From the NCBI RefSeq assembly GCF_004010195.1, contig NC_057718.1, positions 42,692,902-42,756,901 on the forward strand: 64,000 nucleotides of DNA, read 5' to 3'. The notes under the pieces are model-generated. The model saw only the letters and a program-made list of their open reading frames with translations. It searched no databases and had not been told where the DNA came from. The DNA is from Chiloscyllium plagiosum (lineage: Eukaryota). The position numbers and the translations under genes were made by a program. Below are positions 10,714 to 24,329 of the stretch, one piece after another. Within the stretch, counting starts at the first letter, position 1. Each line of letters starts with the position of its first letter.

Positions 10714-13089
10714 TCTAAATATATATATATGTCACATGGATAGTAGCCAATCGTCTCTAAGTTCTGTGTCCTTAGGATTTGCTTAAGTGCACAATGAATA
10801 GGACATGGAAAGTCATAAGTCACTTAATCACCACATCAAAATATCTTCTCAAGGCTGTCTATGTTTTCTTTCCCTTCTTATTCCACTCTTCTGAATTTGA
10901 CCTGCTAAGTAATATATGGGCAATTAGAAAATTCATGCAGAAAAAAATTATTTATGTCTTTAAAGACCAAAATAGTTCCAAATGGTCAACATTTCAATTG
11001 TCATTACTGGCACTGTTGATTTATGGTTTGGCCTGCTGAACAGGGAATACTGAATTTCTTTTTGTTTTTTGTGTGGGGTGTGTTGAGGTGCAAGCAAAGA
11101 ATTGGTAGCAATGAAACAGAGTGGAATTATACTGCAATCACAGCCAGTGAACTTTTTTGCCTGAGTGTTTAGCTTTAAACAGAATAGTTTTCACAAATAT
11201 GACTCAGTTGCTCAGTGTCTCGCATTCCTCTTTATCAAATCACTCAAGAAGAAAGCAATCTGAAACTTTGATACTGGTATTTTATGCAGATTTTAGATTG
11301 TTATGCAGTCATCTTGACTGATATAAGTGTTGGCAATTCCTCCCAAATTATCAGCCAGACAATATCCATCTGGATTAGAGTAAATCAGCAGCAGCAGCAG
11401 CATAGTTTTGGACCACAGTGAATCCATAAAAATGTTTTATCTGCAGCGCAAAACCAAGCTTCAAGATTACAGATAGAGCTACAAGTTAAACTGTTAAACT
11501 TTATGACTGACGGGTAGGTTTGAGTTTTTGTTATCCCATATACTTTTCTAGATATCTTTGCCATTTGCTTACTAATTGATGTGAATGGAATTTTGAAGTC
11601 AAGTAGCAGAATGTTTATACCAGAAGCATTTGACAAATCTTTTCTAGGGGGTATGGAACATCATGATCAATATTTCTCGTCGGCTTGGTTGAGTAGTTAA
11701 TCTGAAGGCAGTAGACCAGTCAAATGACTACTACCCGATTCTGTTTTATCTCTCTGCAGAGACAGTTAGCTACCTAGGGTTGTAATTTTTACCTCCGAAG
11801 CACTATTGGAACTTCAGTCAACCGTAGTCAGGAGCAGCAGTGAAGGCCAGAGAAGCAAGTAAATGGCATTCGAAGGGAAGCCCCAGTGAATGGTGTTGTG
11901 ATTGGAAAGGAGGAGTGAGCAAGTGAGGGCAGCCCTTTCCTGCTTGGGAGCCACCGAATGCCTGAACAAGAGGCACTGCCCATCCCCAAGTCCCCAGTGG
12001 AGCATCATTTCTGGTAAAATGTTAGCAACAATAAGAAGAGGCCCTTACGAGGATTACTCAATATTTTTGTTGCATGTCACACAGAATGTGTCGTACAAAG
12101 ATGCATTACAACGGGGGCTTAAGATAATAAATGTCCCCAGGTATAGCAAGCAGTCATCTATGGGACTTAGAGCAGCAGAAAATGGCAGCGGACTGCTTTA
12201 CTTACAGAGAAATTATAATCTGGCTGCATTGACACATATTATTACAAATATGAGATTTAATGATTGTTATGTTTTAACTGTGTTTTTAAACTAAAAATTA
12301 AGGGGAAGGGAGGTCATGTATTATATTCTGGAGTCTTCTCAAACACAAATCTGTTTGGTTTGAATGATAGACACTAAGGGAGATCCAAGTAGTTTGAGAA
12401 GAAGGTGCAAGGTGTTTACTTTCAGAGACTGTAGCCTGTGTGATAATAGTGGATAGACTGTGAGTGAAATCTCATAGGAGCCTGAACAATGTAGGCTATG
12501 GTGAGAAAAGCAATAATTACACCAGAATAACTTTCTGCATCTTTTACCTAAGTCTAAGCATCGATGCAAGATTCTTGCTCAGGATTGGCAGGTTTTACCT
12601 ATTGAGGGAGAGTATTACAGTTTAACAATCTTATTTGCCTCAAAACTATGTAGCTTAATTGAAATGGAGTCAGAGCAAGTACCTGGTGACTTCAGATTGC
12701 CACTTGCTCCAAAGGACCTCCATTTTGGACACCAGGCTTCAAACTTTCAGGATGTATTCTATGGGCACACGTTACACTTATCTAATGTCCATAGACATTG
12801 GCATATGACATGCCAGCCTCTAATAACCTCACAGTACATCTCTGTCATTGTTTCTGGAATTGTTAATGCTGCACTTCAGAGTGCACCAGCAACTGTCAGT
12901 GTAATGCTTCAACAAGGACACTTTCCCCTCAGGGACAAGCACCCAACTCATGGGCTGGACCCGGCCACATTTCTGCGCTCTTTGCATGTTGTGTTAGCCC
13001 TCATTCTGAGCCTACCTAAATGGTGACAGCATTCCTGCCTCAACTTGCCTTCCCATTTTGCAATTTGCCGATCAGCTAGAGACACGAGG

Positions 13090-13368
13090 CTCACAGTCCT
13101 GCTATATTGCTGTGTCTTTTAGTAGTGCAGATACAAAAGTAGGCAGCTTGTCTTGGTTGTCAGCAGTCCTCTGTCAAGTTAAGAGGTGCTAGCCTTTGTT
13201 CAGGGGTCCTGGCACAGCATCAAGGGCAACCTCGGACCAGGCTATCATGGTCTAGTGTCCTGGCCTCCTTTGCTGGTCCTGGTGGAAGAGAACATCCCAC
13301 CACTGCACTACCCTGTCCACCAAGTCCCTGCCCATAAAACAGGGTGGCAATCTTTCCTTCTCCATCAT
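13090..13368 (-). mobile_element. Harbinger Myb/SANT-like (NAIF1/MSANTD-type) ORF remnant within an old DNA-transposon relic (~12570-13660)
   Basis: Minus strand from the ATG at 13368: MMEKERLPPCFMGRDLVDRVVQWWDVLFHQDQQRRPGH*TMIAWSEVA, resembling the PRFxDxDLxxLVDxVxxRRDVLF...AWxEVA trihelix motif. Confidence 0.55.
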
Positions 13369-13799
13369 GTGCAGGGCAAATGTCATGACCCGTGCAACGC
13401 AGCTATGAGCTGAGTGCAAAATGACCTTTTAAAGTTGGTGCTGACACCAGGAATGCTGGTCAATCCCAGCAGTGACAAGTTGTTCCTGGTATGGAAAGAG
13501 GTAGAATGCGGCTAGAATTGAGTGAGGGGAGTGCTTTAAGGCAGGTAGTTAATGAGGTAAATTTGGTAAGATACCGCAAGAAAACTCAATTGATCTTAGG
13601 CAAAAATCTTCCATGAAACTCATTGGAACAAACATTGAACAAAAAAGTAAGATTCACTCTTGTGAGTCTTGTCATTAATAGCTGTTGTTTCAATTGGCCA
13701 TTTACTTTCAAGATAAAAGAATGTTGAGGTTTCACACATAGAAATGATGATTATCTATCATACTATAAAGCCCATGTGATTCATATTTGAGAGGGCAAG

Positions 13800-14630
13800 A
13801 GCCAGAAGTTATCCCTGAAATATCACATTCATAGAACATCTGCCAAGTTGCAGGAGAGGCAGAGCAGCTATAGACAGCTGTGGTTCACTAGATAGGAATA
13901 TCAACCACTAGAATGTCTCAAAAAAGGAATGAAACCAGATTGGCCATCTGACATTGACCAAAGCAGAAATGACAACAGCAAACTCAGCCCTGTCGAACTT
14001 GCAAAGTCTTTCTTATTAATATCTGGGAGTTCGTGCCATAATTAGGGAAGCTATGTCACAGACTAGTCAAGCAACAGCCCGACATAGTCATACTCACGGA
14101 ATTATATAATGATCCCAGGCAACACAAATAGTATCCCTGGTTATTTCAAAACCACTGGCTGGATAGATCCAGCAGAGGTGGCAGTACAATGACATACACT
14201 TGGGAAGGTGTTTCCCTATGCTACCTCAGCATTGATCTGGACCCCTGATGTGTCTCAGGTCAAGCATAGGCGAGGTAACCTAATACCACATACCACCAAT
14301 GTGCCGTCTCCCCAAAAGGCTGCTGAACATCAGTTGGTGAAGGCACTAGAGTGGCACGAACAGATAATATACTCTGGGTGGGGGACGTCGATGTCCACCA
14401 CCAAAAGTGGCTCAGCTTTGCCACTACTAACTGACTTGTTAAAGTCCTAAAGGCCATAGTGGCTAAGCTGGGTCTGCAGCAGGTAGTGAGGGAACCAACA
14501 AGAGGGATAAGCATATCCTCACCTATCATCCTGCTGCCGATACATCTGTCCATGATAGTATTGGTAAAAGTGACCACTGCACAATCCTTGTGGAGATGAA
14601 TCCCACCTTCACATTGTGTGGCAGTATTCA
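13800..14630 (+). mobile_element. CR1/L2-group LINE, AP-endonuclease region fragment
   Basis: NIWEFVP*LGKLCHRLVKQQPDIVILTE at ~14018-14101; WVGDVDVHHQKWL at ~14375; HDSIGKSDHCTILVE at ~14551 (APE motifs GDFN and SDH). Confidence 0.78.
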
Positions 14631-14702
14631 ATTAATTTAAGAAATCTGGAACAGAATCTATTCTCAGTAAAGGTGACAACACATCCACCTGATTATTGTA
14701 AA

Positions 14703-15402
14703 TGTTATGGACCAAACCAGACCCCTGCTCCCAAACTATTGTAAGGAGATAACCTAGATCCTAACTTGTATATTTATTTAAAGGCAAATATAAGGCACTA
14801 TGTTCTAGATGTGGTTTGATTGATCTACCACTAGGCATTTATCAAAGCACGTGTTTTTTTTTCTTAAAATACAGTTAAAATACATTTTTTAAAATTGGCA
14901 TAACTTTAACTCCTCTATTGAAATACTTAACAGGATAATGTATTATTTAACCACTCATCATCAGCATTTCCAATATAGGCAGCATCCCATAAACATGCCC
15001 TTGAGCAAAAATGCACTTCAGCCAACAATTAGGGTCTCACATGCTGTCTCTCATTAGGATTCTCACATGCTGTCTCTCTCCAGTCCGGACAAAAGAAACA
15101 ATTCACTCCTTTTGATTTTGAAGAGGAAGTTGCCCATCTAAGACTTTCCTCTGGTAGCTCTCAACAACCAGCAGACCAATACACTAAAAGCAAAACTAAT
15201 AATCATCTTGTGTGTGTGTGTGAGCCCTGACCCCATTCCACTCATGTTTCTTTTGTCTTGAAGAAAACTCTCAGGGAGAATTTAAAAGCTGTATGCCAAC
15301 TGCCTGTCTGAAGGAGATATTTCAGCACCACTATGGCAACACCTCTCTGCAAAAGGAACAGGACAGAACACACATCTCTCTTAAAGGAGCAGTACAATCA
15401 CA
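14703..15402. mobile_element. Solo LTR (700 bp)
   Basis: Starts TGTTATGG, ends AATCACA, flanked by a 4-bp direct repeat TAAA (14699-14702 / 15403-15406). It appears to interrupt an older repeat and has no coding sequence. Confidence 0.75.
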
Positions 15403-16724
15403 TAAAATTCTCTCTAGTTTACTTTTTCCTTTAGCTTAGGAAATCTGCTGTCTATATCAGGTCTGAGCTCCACATGATTCCACTCAAAAACAATGTGATT
15501 TGATTTTTAACTACCCTTTTTAATGCCCTAGCAAACCTCTTATTGTACCAAACAATTCTGAAAAAGTCACAGTGAGAGCACAGTTACCACACAAATTGCA
15601 GTACTTGAAGGAAGCAGCTCATCACCTTCTTGAGAATAATTAAAGCTAGCCAATAAATGCTGCTTTGCCACAAATCATGAACTTTTTTCAAAAGCTCTCT
15701 GACATTTTGTTTCCTAGTAGAAGCGTTCAGTCTTTCATTTGCACATGTAAATGACTAAACACTTGATCAATTGGAGTGCAACCTGAAAAGTAAATTTGAC
15801 CTAAAATTGGTCCTCATTGCACCCATTGTATAGACATAACACAGGCATTACTGCATCTAATATCTAGCCCTTGATCTTCTAAACTGTATCTTGTGTCCAG
15901 ATTTATTAGGATAAGAATGTACTGGGATTGAATTTTGTATATAATTTAATTTCCAATACTTCACCCGAGAATGAACCCAAAATCAAAGACTAGTCTACAA
16001 TAAAATTTAATATAGCTTATTTATTAGAAGTTGCAGCAAGGGACTGAAGACCATTCTGCTTAAGGAAATTGAAATGCCCAGATTCAAAATAATTTCCTTA
16101 AGAGACCTGGACTGTTTTAGAACATTGAAATAAAATAAAACCTTATTGTAGAAGTGGCTTTTGGCCAATTGTGTGCATTTCTGGAATAAAACTCAAACAG
16201 TACACTGTTTCAGATGCACTTAATCAATTATGGCCTACATTCCATTCATAATGTCTGGATGTCAGCTGCTATTGCAGCAGAGTTTTCAAACTCCATATTC
16301 ACTTTCACAATTACCCTGGACACTTTATTCATTTAAGTTTAGCTTACTCAATTTTGTAATTTCTTTTCCTTTAGCCTTTTGAAATATTTTTCTGAAGTTT
16401 ACTGTTCCTGCTTTAACCTAGCCTGACACGAGTAAATGCTCTGACAGTCCTGCTTTAAGATGCATCAGGGAATTGTGTTAGGGTCAGGTGGTTTCTCTGA
16501 TCATTCCATTCCTTCAATGCAGACAAACAGAATCAAACATTTATCCTAGTGGTGCCATTAATAGATGTTAAATTTGCCACTCTTCCATTCATTTCGGAGC
16601 TCATTAGTTCAATCAACATTTCAGGATTTAAGGAGATGGTGTGGCTATTGTGGATTAATTTATAAAGTTGATAGCTATGATTAGACACCAACTTCATTTT
16701 GATATGTCACGCTACTACAACTGT

Positions 16725-16985
16725 AACTACTCCTTCTACTCTAATCCCATTTTGCAGCACTTGGCCCATAAAATAGATACTGTGGTGCTTCAAGGGATCA
16801 TCTAAATACTTCTTAAATGTTGTGAGGGTTCCTACCCCTACCCTTTCAGGCAGTGAATTCCAGAACACCCTCACATGGTGGTAAAAAATCTTTTCCTCAA
16901 TTCCCTCAAATCCATCTTATTAACCCCTTAAACTCAGTGGTAAAGCTTCTTCCTATATACCCTACATATGCCCCTCATAATTGTG
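16725..16985 (-). mobile_element. CR1 3' end fragment (old)
   Basis: Homologous to 17935-18220 (CTAATCCCATTTT.CAGCACTTGGCCCAT…CTAAATACTTCTTAAAT). Confidence 0.75.
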
Positions 16986-17324
16986 TACATGAAAGTATAG
17001 GGTACTAGCAGGAGGCATCATTAAAGATTTCTTGTGGAGTTGAAATTAAGCTGGGACCAATGCAAACTCAAGTTCTGAAACTTTTGCTTGTGTTTTTGGT
17101 CCACAGGATTCAGTTTTCACCACACTTAAGTGTTGTTGTTTAATGTCCTTTTCCCTGTCTTTAGTCAGGTAAGCTATAATACTGATATTATTTGAGTCTC
17201 CGTTTTCTTTTGATGGGAAAACTTTAATTAAGTTGACTCTACTCAAGAAAAATGTTTAATTCATCATAACCACAAATAACATCTTGGTTTCTCATAGGGC
17301 CACTGATGCTTGAATTCTTTTTTT

Positions 17325-17640
17325 GTTCACTCATGGGATATGGGTGTTGTTAGCTGGGCCAGCATTTACTGCCTGTTCCTAGCTGCCTTCGAGAAGGTGC
17401 CTCTTGAACAGCAATCCATGTGTTTTAGGTAGACCCACAAGTTATGGAGGGAATTCCAGGATTTTGACACAGCGACACTGAAGGAACAACAATATATTCC
17501 CATGGTTCTGCTGTCCTGTCCTTCTAAATAAAACGGTTATTTATTTTAAGTGTGCAATCTAAGGAGTCTTGGTGAATTTCTGCAGTGTATCTTGTAGATG
17601 GTACACACTGCTGTTCCCGAGTGTCTATGGTGGAGGGAGT
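17325..17640 (-). mobile_element. CR1/L2-group LINE 3' tail
   Basis: Reverse-complement similarity to the 3' tail at 8400-8750. Confidence 0.65.
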
Positions 17641-17865
17641 GTTTTAACTCTTAATGTACTTCATATTTCAAGATAATTGAAGACCGTGTTACCACAGAAA
17701 TATCCTATTTTATTTTAAGGCATTGAGTATTCAAACAAAGTATACTTAAACATATTTAAGAAGGAAAGCCAGAAGCACATACTGTAGCGTACTGTGCATT
17801 GAGGCCAGGCATTGATACTGTTATTTCAGGATGACCATGAACAATGGGAGAGTCATTATACTAGA

Positions 17866-20520
17866 GTATAGTCACAGAGGTCTATGGCCCAGAAAAAAGT
17901 CCTTCAGCCTCTTGAGTCTGCGCCAGCCGAAGACAACTACCTAACTATTCTAATCCCATTTTCCAGCACTTGGCCCATTGCATTGTATGCCTTGGCATTG
18001 CATTGTGCAACTAAATACTTCTTAAATATTATGAAGGTTTCTGCCTCTACCACATATTACAGACAGTGAGTTCCAGATTCCCACCACCCTCTGAGTAAAG
18101 AAAGTTTTCTTCACATCCCGTCTAAAGCTCCTGCCACTTACCTTAAATCTATTGCCTTTAGTCATTGATCCCTCTACCAAGGGGAAAAGTTCCTTCCTGT
18201 CTACCCTGTTTATGCTTCTCATATTTTGTACAGCTCACTGATGACCCTCCTCACTCTCTCTGTCCCAAGGAAAACAACCTCAATGTCTTCATAACTGAAA
18301 CTCTGCAGCCTAGACAATGCCCCAATCAAACTCCTCTGCGACCTCTCCAGTGAATCTCGTCTCTCCTACAATATGGATTTCAGATCTGCACACAATAGTC
18401 AAACTGTGGCCTAACCAGCTTTTAATATAATTTCAACATAACCTCCTGCTCTTAAACACAGTTCCTTGGCTGATAAAGGCAAATATGCCATAGGTCATCT
18501 TAATCACTTGATCTATTTGTCCTGCTAATTTAAGGACCAGTGGACTTGCACATCAAGGTTCCTCTGATCCTCGGTGCTTCCCAGTGTTCTACCACTCATA
18601 ATCTATTCCCTTGCCTTGTTTGCCCGGCCCCTCACATTTATCTAGACTGAATTCCAATCTGACCAGCCCCTTTATAATTTGTAATCTATGGTTATACTCC
18701 ACACTATTTACCACTCCACCAATTTGCATCTCAATCCCAAATTTACTGATCAACCCTCCTACATTCAAGACCAAATCCTTTATATATATATACCATAAAT
18801 TGCCAGTGCTCCATTAGGTACGGGCTTCCAAACACACAAACAATCCTTGACCATCACCCTCTGCTTCCTGCCACTCAGCCAGTTTTGGATCTTTTAGCCA
18901 AATTTTCTTGGATCCCTTCAGCTCTTTGCTATCAGTCTTCCATGCGTGACTTTGTCAAAAGCCTTGCTGAAATCCAAATAGACTATGTTGAGTGCATTGA
19001 CCTCATCTACAAACTTGGTCACCTCTTTGAAAAGTTTAAACAACTTGGTCAGACATGACCTCTCTTTAACAAAACCATCATGATGGTTCTCAATTATTCC
19101 TTACCCCTCCAAGTCCAGATTAATTCCATGCCTCAGAATTGCCTCCAATGGTTTCACCAATGCTGAGGTTAGACTAGCTGGCTTGTAATTTTATCGCTTG
19201 CTCCTTTCTTAAATAATGGTATCACATTGGCTGTCCTCCAGTCCTCTGGCATGTCTCCTGTGGCCAGAGTGGAATTGAAAATTATTGCTAGTGCCTTTGC
19301 TATTTCCTCCCTTGCCTCGTTCAACAGCCTGGGATACATTTCATCTAGCCCTGGAGATTTATCTACTTCTTTGCCTGTCAGACAACTCAGAACTTCCTCT
19401 CTGTCTATGCTAATTTTTTAAGGTATATCATAGTCCTTCTCTGTAATTTCTGTACTCACATCGACCCTCTCACTTGTGAACACTGATACAAAGTATTCAT
19501 TAACAACCCTACCTATGTTCTCCGGCTCCATGCACAAATTACCACTGTGATTCATAATGGGCCCTATTCTTTCCTTCTTCATGCTTTTACCCTTGATGTA
19601 TTTGTAAAATAATGTAGTATTTTCCTTGATTTTACCTACCGTTATTTTTTCATGCTCCCTTTTAGCTCGCCTAATGTCCTTTTTAGGTTTCCCCTTGCAC
19701 ATTCTGTACTCCTCCAGAGCTCCTGCTATTTTGAGCCCTCTATATCGACCATAAACATGCTTTTTTGTCTTTATCTAATCCTGTATATCCTTTGATATCC
19801 AAGATTCATTGGATTTGTTGGTTCCACTCTTTATCTTTATTGGTATATGTTGGCCCTATACTCTCTCTATTTCCTTTTTGAATGTGTCCCTGTGCTCTGT
19901 TCCCATTCAACTCTGGCCAAATCATACCTGATCTTGATAAAATCAGCCTCCTCCCCCAAATATAGAAGCTTGATTTCAGGCCCACCCTTGTCCTTTTTTC
20001 ACTGTAACCTTGAATCTGATGGAGTTACAATTACTATTTGTAAAATCCTCTCCACTGATAATTCAACCACTTGCCCAGTTTCATCACCTAAAATTAAGTC
20101 CAGGACCACCCTGTCTCTTGTAGGGTTGTCTATATACTGGCTTATAAAGTTCTCCTGGGTGCATATTAAGAATTTTGCTTGTCTAAACCTTTCACCCTAA
20201 AACTACACCAGTTAATATTGGGGTAGTTGAAATCCCATACTATTACTAGCGTTTTACTTTTATACTTCTCTGAAATGTGCCTACATGTCTATTTTTCTGT
20301 TATCCCAGACTGTTGTGTGTGTGTGTGTGTGTGTGGAGGGGGGGATGGGGCGCTTGCTTTTGTATACTTGCAGCAGTGCAATTGCTCCATTTTGGTTTTT
20401 ATGTTTTACCCACTTGGTTCCATTTGAGGAGCCTTCTAAGATGTCGTCCCTCCTCACTGTTGTAACTGATTCCCAATTATATTGCAACGCCCCATCTTTT
20501 GCTTCTTTCACTCCCTCACC
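17866..20520 (-). mobile_element. CR1 LINE ORF2, decayed (endonuclease, linker, RT, 3' UTR) with internal deletions
   Basis: Minus ORFs: RRDDILEGS (20281-20511), KKDIRRAKREHEK...IKEN...FYKYIKGK...ERIGP (19418-19702), NVGGLISKF (18589-18774), DRKELFPLVEGSMTKGNRFKV...FFTQRVVGIWNSL (18022-18222). Confidence 0.92.
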
Positions 20521-20899
20521 TGTTTCATAAGTTTCAAAATAAACATGGCATAGGGTTTGGAATGTTCCTTCTTGTTCAGGAATTGCATTGGATGAAGGCA
20601 GCAGTTGGTTTGATTACAGTTCTTCTGCTGTGAGCAGAAAAAGTCCTGAGAAAAGATCTTAAACCTGAAGCAATGACTAACTGGATTTTATTTCCCAAGA
20701 TGTTACCTGACCCACTGTGTTTTTCCAGTTTTCTTTCTCATTTTTGTTGCAACATATTTTCGTAAAGTTTACTGTTTTGTTGAAGTGAAGATGTTAGAAA
20801 TATTGTTAAATAATTAGAAGCCAAAGTCAAGTAAAATATAGCGAAGTAGGTATTTTTTAAATTTTTGCAAGTAACTAATTGAAGGTATGCTACATAATT

Positions 20900-21150
20900 A
20901 AAGATGCATTTGAAGAGGAGCCATTAAACTGAAATTCCATCTCCCTTCTCAAGAAACATTAAATGTTTCAGCACAGTTGCAAAGAAGACCAGGCGAGTGT
21001 ATCTTTGTGTATACGTCCCTAACCCAATGTCATTAAAAACAAGGTGCTGCGGCCAAATTGTATACAGATTCATTGTTAGATTTCCTTATGTTACAACAGT
21101 GGTTTGCATTTCAAAATATGTCAATGCTGGTCGAGCATTTCCACATTTCC
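20900..21150 (+). mobile_element. Old DeuSINE (SacSINE1-like) remnant
   Basis: Degenerate Deu-domain (…CATTAAACTGAAATTCCATCTCCCTTCTCAAG…GAAGACCAGG) and tail (TTTCCTTATGTTACAACAGTG). Confidence 0.5.
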
Positions 21151-23360
21151 CTGTTATGTAAATATGTTTGTAACACTTTCATCCACTGCATTGCCCTCAC
21201 TAACCCTCTCTGTTACATCTCCAACTGTTTTAATCAAGTTGGTTAGACACAATCTTCCTTTAATAAATCCAGCCTGAATTTGTTTAATTAATCCATATTT
21301 GTCCAAGTGAACTATTAATTTTCTCTCTTATTGAAATCTCTAGAAGCATTTCCACACAGAGGGTAAACTAATTAGCCTTACCTTTTTTTGAACAAGAGTG
21401 TAACTTTTGAAAATTTCCAGTGCTCTTGTAGCATTATTGTGTCCAACAAAGATTGAAAGCTTATAACTAGTGTCTGCACAATTTCTCCCCTTACCTCGGT
21501 ATCCTTGGATGGAATCCTGTGACTTATCAATTTTAAGTATATCGAGCATCTATGATATCTGCTCTTTGTCAATTTTTAGCCCATTAAATATATCAAGAAC
21601 TTTCTTTTTCACTACGGGGGCTTTAACAGTATCGTCTTCCTTAAAAATAGGTGTGAAGTATTCATACCTTAGCCACGTTCTCTGGCTTTTATGTCCCTTT
21701 TTTGGACCCTAATCAATGCCATTCTTATTGTGCTACCTTTTTACTTTTTATATGCATATAGAAGACTTCTTTATTTGCTTTCAGGTTAGCTGCCAAATTA
21801 TTTTCTTGTTTTCTGTTTGCTGCTTTTTTTCACTTTCCCTCTGAATTTTCAGCTAGTTCTCATTTGCATTGTTATCCAGGCATCCCGTCATCCAGAAAGC
21901 TGTGGCTCAGGTTGTCCTACCTTTCTCCCTAGAGCAATCTACCTGAGTTGTACCTGAATAATCACTTCTTTAAAGAGAGCCCATTGTTCTGTTACAGTTT
22001 TGCTTACCTGCTTTTGATTCCAATTTACCTGAAAGTGATCTGTTCTTACTCCAGTTAACCGTTCTTTGTTCTTTTGCGTAGCTAACTTAAACCTTTTACT
22101 ATGATCACTGTACCCTAAATATTTTCTACTGGTACTTGGAAAATCTAATTTCCCAAATCCAACAATGCCTCCTTCCTTATTGGTCTGTAAACATTACTGA
22201 CTGAGAAAATTCTCCTGAATGCATACCAGAACCTTTTCCCCACTTCTCTGCCCTTTTCACAATTACTATTGCAGCTGACAATAAAATAATTAACATCCGC
22301 TATTATAACAACTTCATAGTTTTTTTGCATCTCTGTAATTTCCTTGCAAATTTGCTCCTCTATTTTCCCACTAGATATTCAGCCATAAGATGCACTGAGC
22401 AATGTGACAAAACCTCAATTGTTTTTTACCTCCAACTTAACAGATTCAGTCCTTAACCCCTCTAGGCCAGCTGGACTTTCCAGGATAATATTCTCCTTAG
22501 TCAATATTGCCATATTTCCCTTTTCCTTCCCTATTTTTCCTGAACATCTTGGGTTATAATTTCCTAGCCCCAGTTGTGAAAACATGCAGTGATGCATGCA
22601 GTCAGAAGTCTAGTTTCCAGTTCCACTCTCTCTCCCTTTCTAGAAGGCAAAGCAGGGAGCAGGACCTGGAACTTGCCTGCTCCTTTTAAAACAGGAAATT
22701 TAAGCCATTGTAGGTTCATTAAAGGCCCATTTCCAGGAACTTTTCAAATTTTCAGAGATGAGACTGGACTTTAGTTAGACCAGCTGCTGAGAGGCTTTGA
22801 CAGCCAAAAGTGAACCAGACGGTGACTCTGGGCAGATTATTACAGACATAAGTGCCGTGATCAGCAATGGACTTCTGTGGCATCATTTAAGTCATAGATG
22901 TCTTCTTTACCAATATCGGACAACACAACAGAATCACACTAAATGGAGAAATCACAGACTCAGAGGGCACTGGGTAAGGTGCCTGGAGCAGTCAGATAAT
23001 GCCCTGTAATACGTGCCTGCTAAGGTCTTGGACATTGTGGTAGTCTGTTGCATTTTCTATTAATTGGCCATAAGTGGCTTCAAAAGGACCAAGGACACGG
23101 GCGATCCGATGACTCTCCTATAAAATGTCTGACATGTTGGGTATGGGAAAACAGGCCATCTTCTTGATTTTACAAGTATCTTGCCTTCAAACCTGCCAGA
23201 AGGAGAGCATAAACCCTAGCCCCATATTTCTACTTGGCTAACTGTGCTTGCAGCTCATCAATCTTATTTACCATACCCCATGTGTTCACCAACATGCATT
23301 GTAAATCTAATTTGGAACTTACTACATTCTTTCTTACGCTGACTGCACCAAATACCCTAT
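21150..23360 (-). mobile_element. Old CR1 LINE ORF2 fragments, interrupted by unrelated sequence at ~22560-23200
   Basis: Minus ORFs: NTWGMVNKIDELQAQL (23230-23451), VVIIADVNY...YRPIRKEALLDL (22145-22330), LKIDKS...FQSLLDTIMLQEHWKFSKVTLLFKK (21340-21572). Confidence 0.75.
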
Positions 23361-24329
23361 TATTATTGGTTAGTAAGTTGAAAATGGTCCAGGTATGCTG
23401 AAATCTCTTGGAATGTCCAATGCTCCAAGGATGAGCCATTAGACTATTCAAAATGTCAAAAGTTATTTGTGTACTGTGGAAAATACTGTCCTTTCTCTGT
23501 CTCTAAGAATTCCATTAGTCATAATAAGTAATTCCAGATTGGGTTAAAATAATTGAAAAATATATATTCAAAGGCATTTCTTTAACTGCCACTCTTACAT
23601 TGATGAGAAGTAGCTTCAGGTGTGCAACTTAAAAGTTAACAAAATAATGTAGTTGTCAAATTTGGCACCTTAGTAGATAGCTGCTGCAGTACAAGTCCAG
23701 TGAAGCTCCATTGGACAGCTTTGTTGATTTTAAACTTTTTATAGCATGATTTTAATGATGGGCTAAAATCGGACATTCTTACTGCTTTGCTATAATATTT
23801 GGAAAGTGTAAAGCTTTGTGAATGCATCAGAAGTGCAGACCATGGAGCTTTGTTATTACTGAAGCCAGTCTGATTGCAATCAGTGTTCAAAATAGGAATT
23901 TATTAGCTGCATCAGAATTGACAGTATAACTAGAGCCTAAGCCAATATAGCACATATTAGTCCCTGAGAAGAGGTCATACCTTTCAAAACCATTAGTTAA
24001 AACATAAAATTGATTTTTACTTTATCGCTGATATAAATTAGTTACATTCAAGTTTGTTATTCAAAGGTAAATGTGTTTGTTCTGTACAGGATTTTCTACA
24101 TCATCCAAATAAGAGGAAAATGTTGTTAAATACTCCCATGCAATAAATTTAAGTATTTCCCCTTAAATTATTGGATCAAGTCCAAAATAGAATTGGAAGA
24201 AAGATGGCCTATGGAAATAAATGATTTAATAAGCAGAACAGCCTGTTGTTGTCTAATGCTTTCTTGTGAGCTAAACAATGAAGATTCTGGTATAACATTA
24301 TCCTACGTCCCAAGAGATATTGCCTCCAG

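Noticed and set aside
22770..22850. TTAG-ACCAGCTGCTGAGAGG as a possible upstream GPATCH2 exon (QLLR)
   Set aside because: Similarity stops after four residues, an in-frame stop follows, and no suitable donor site was found.
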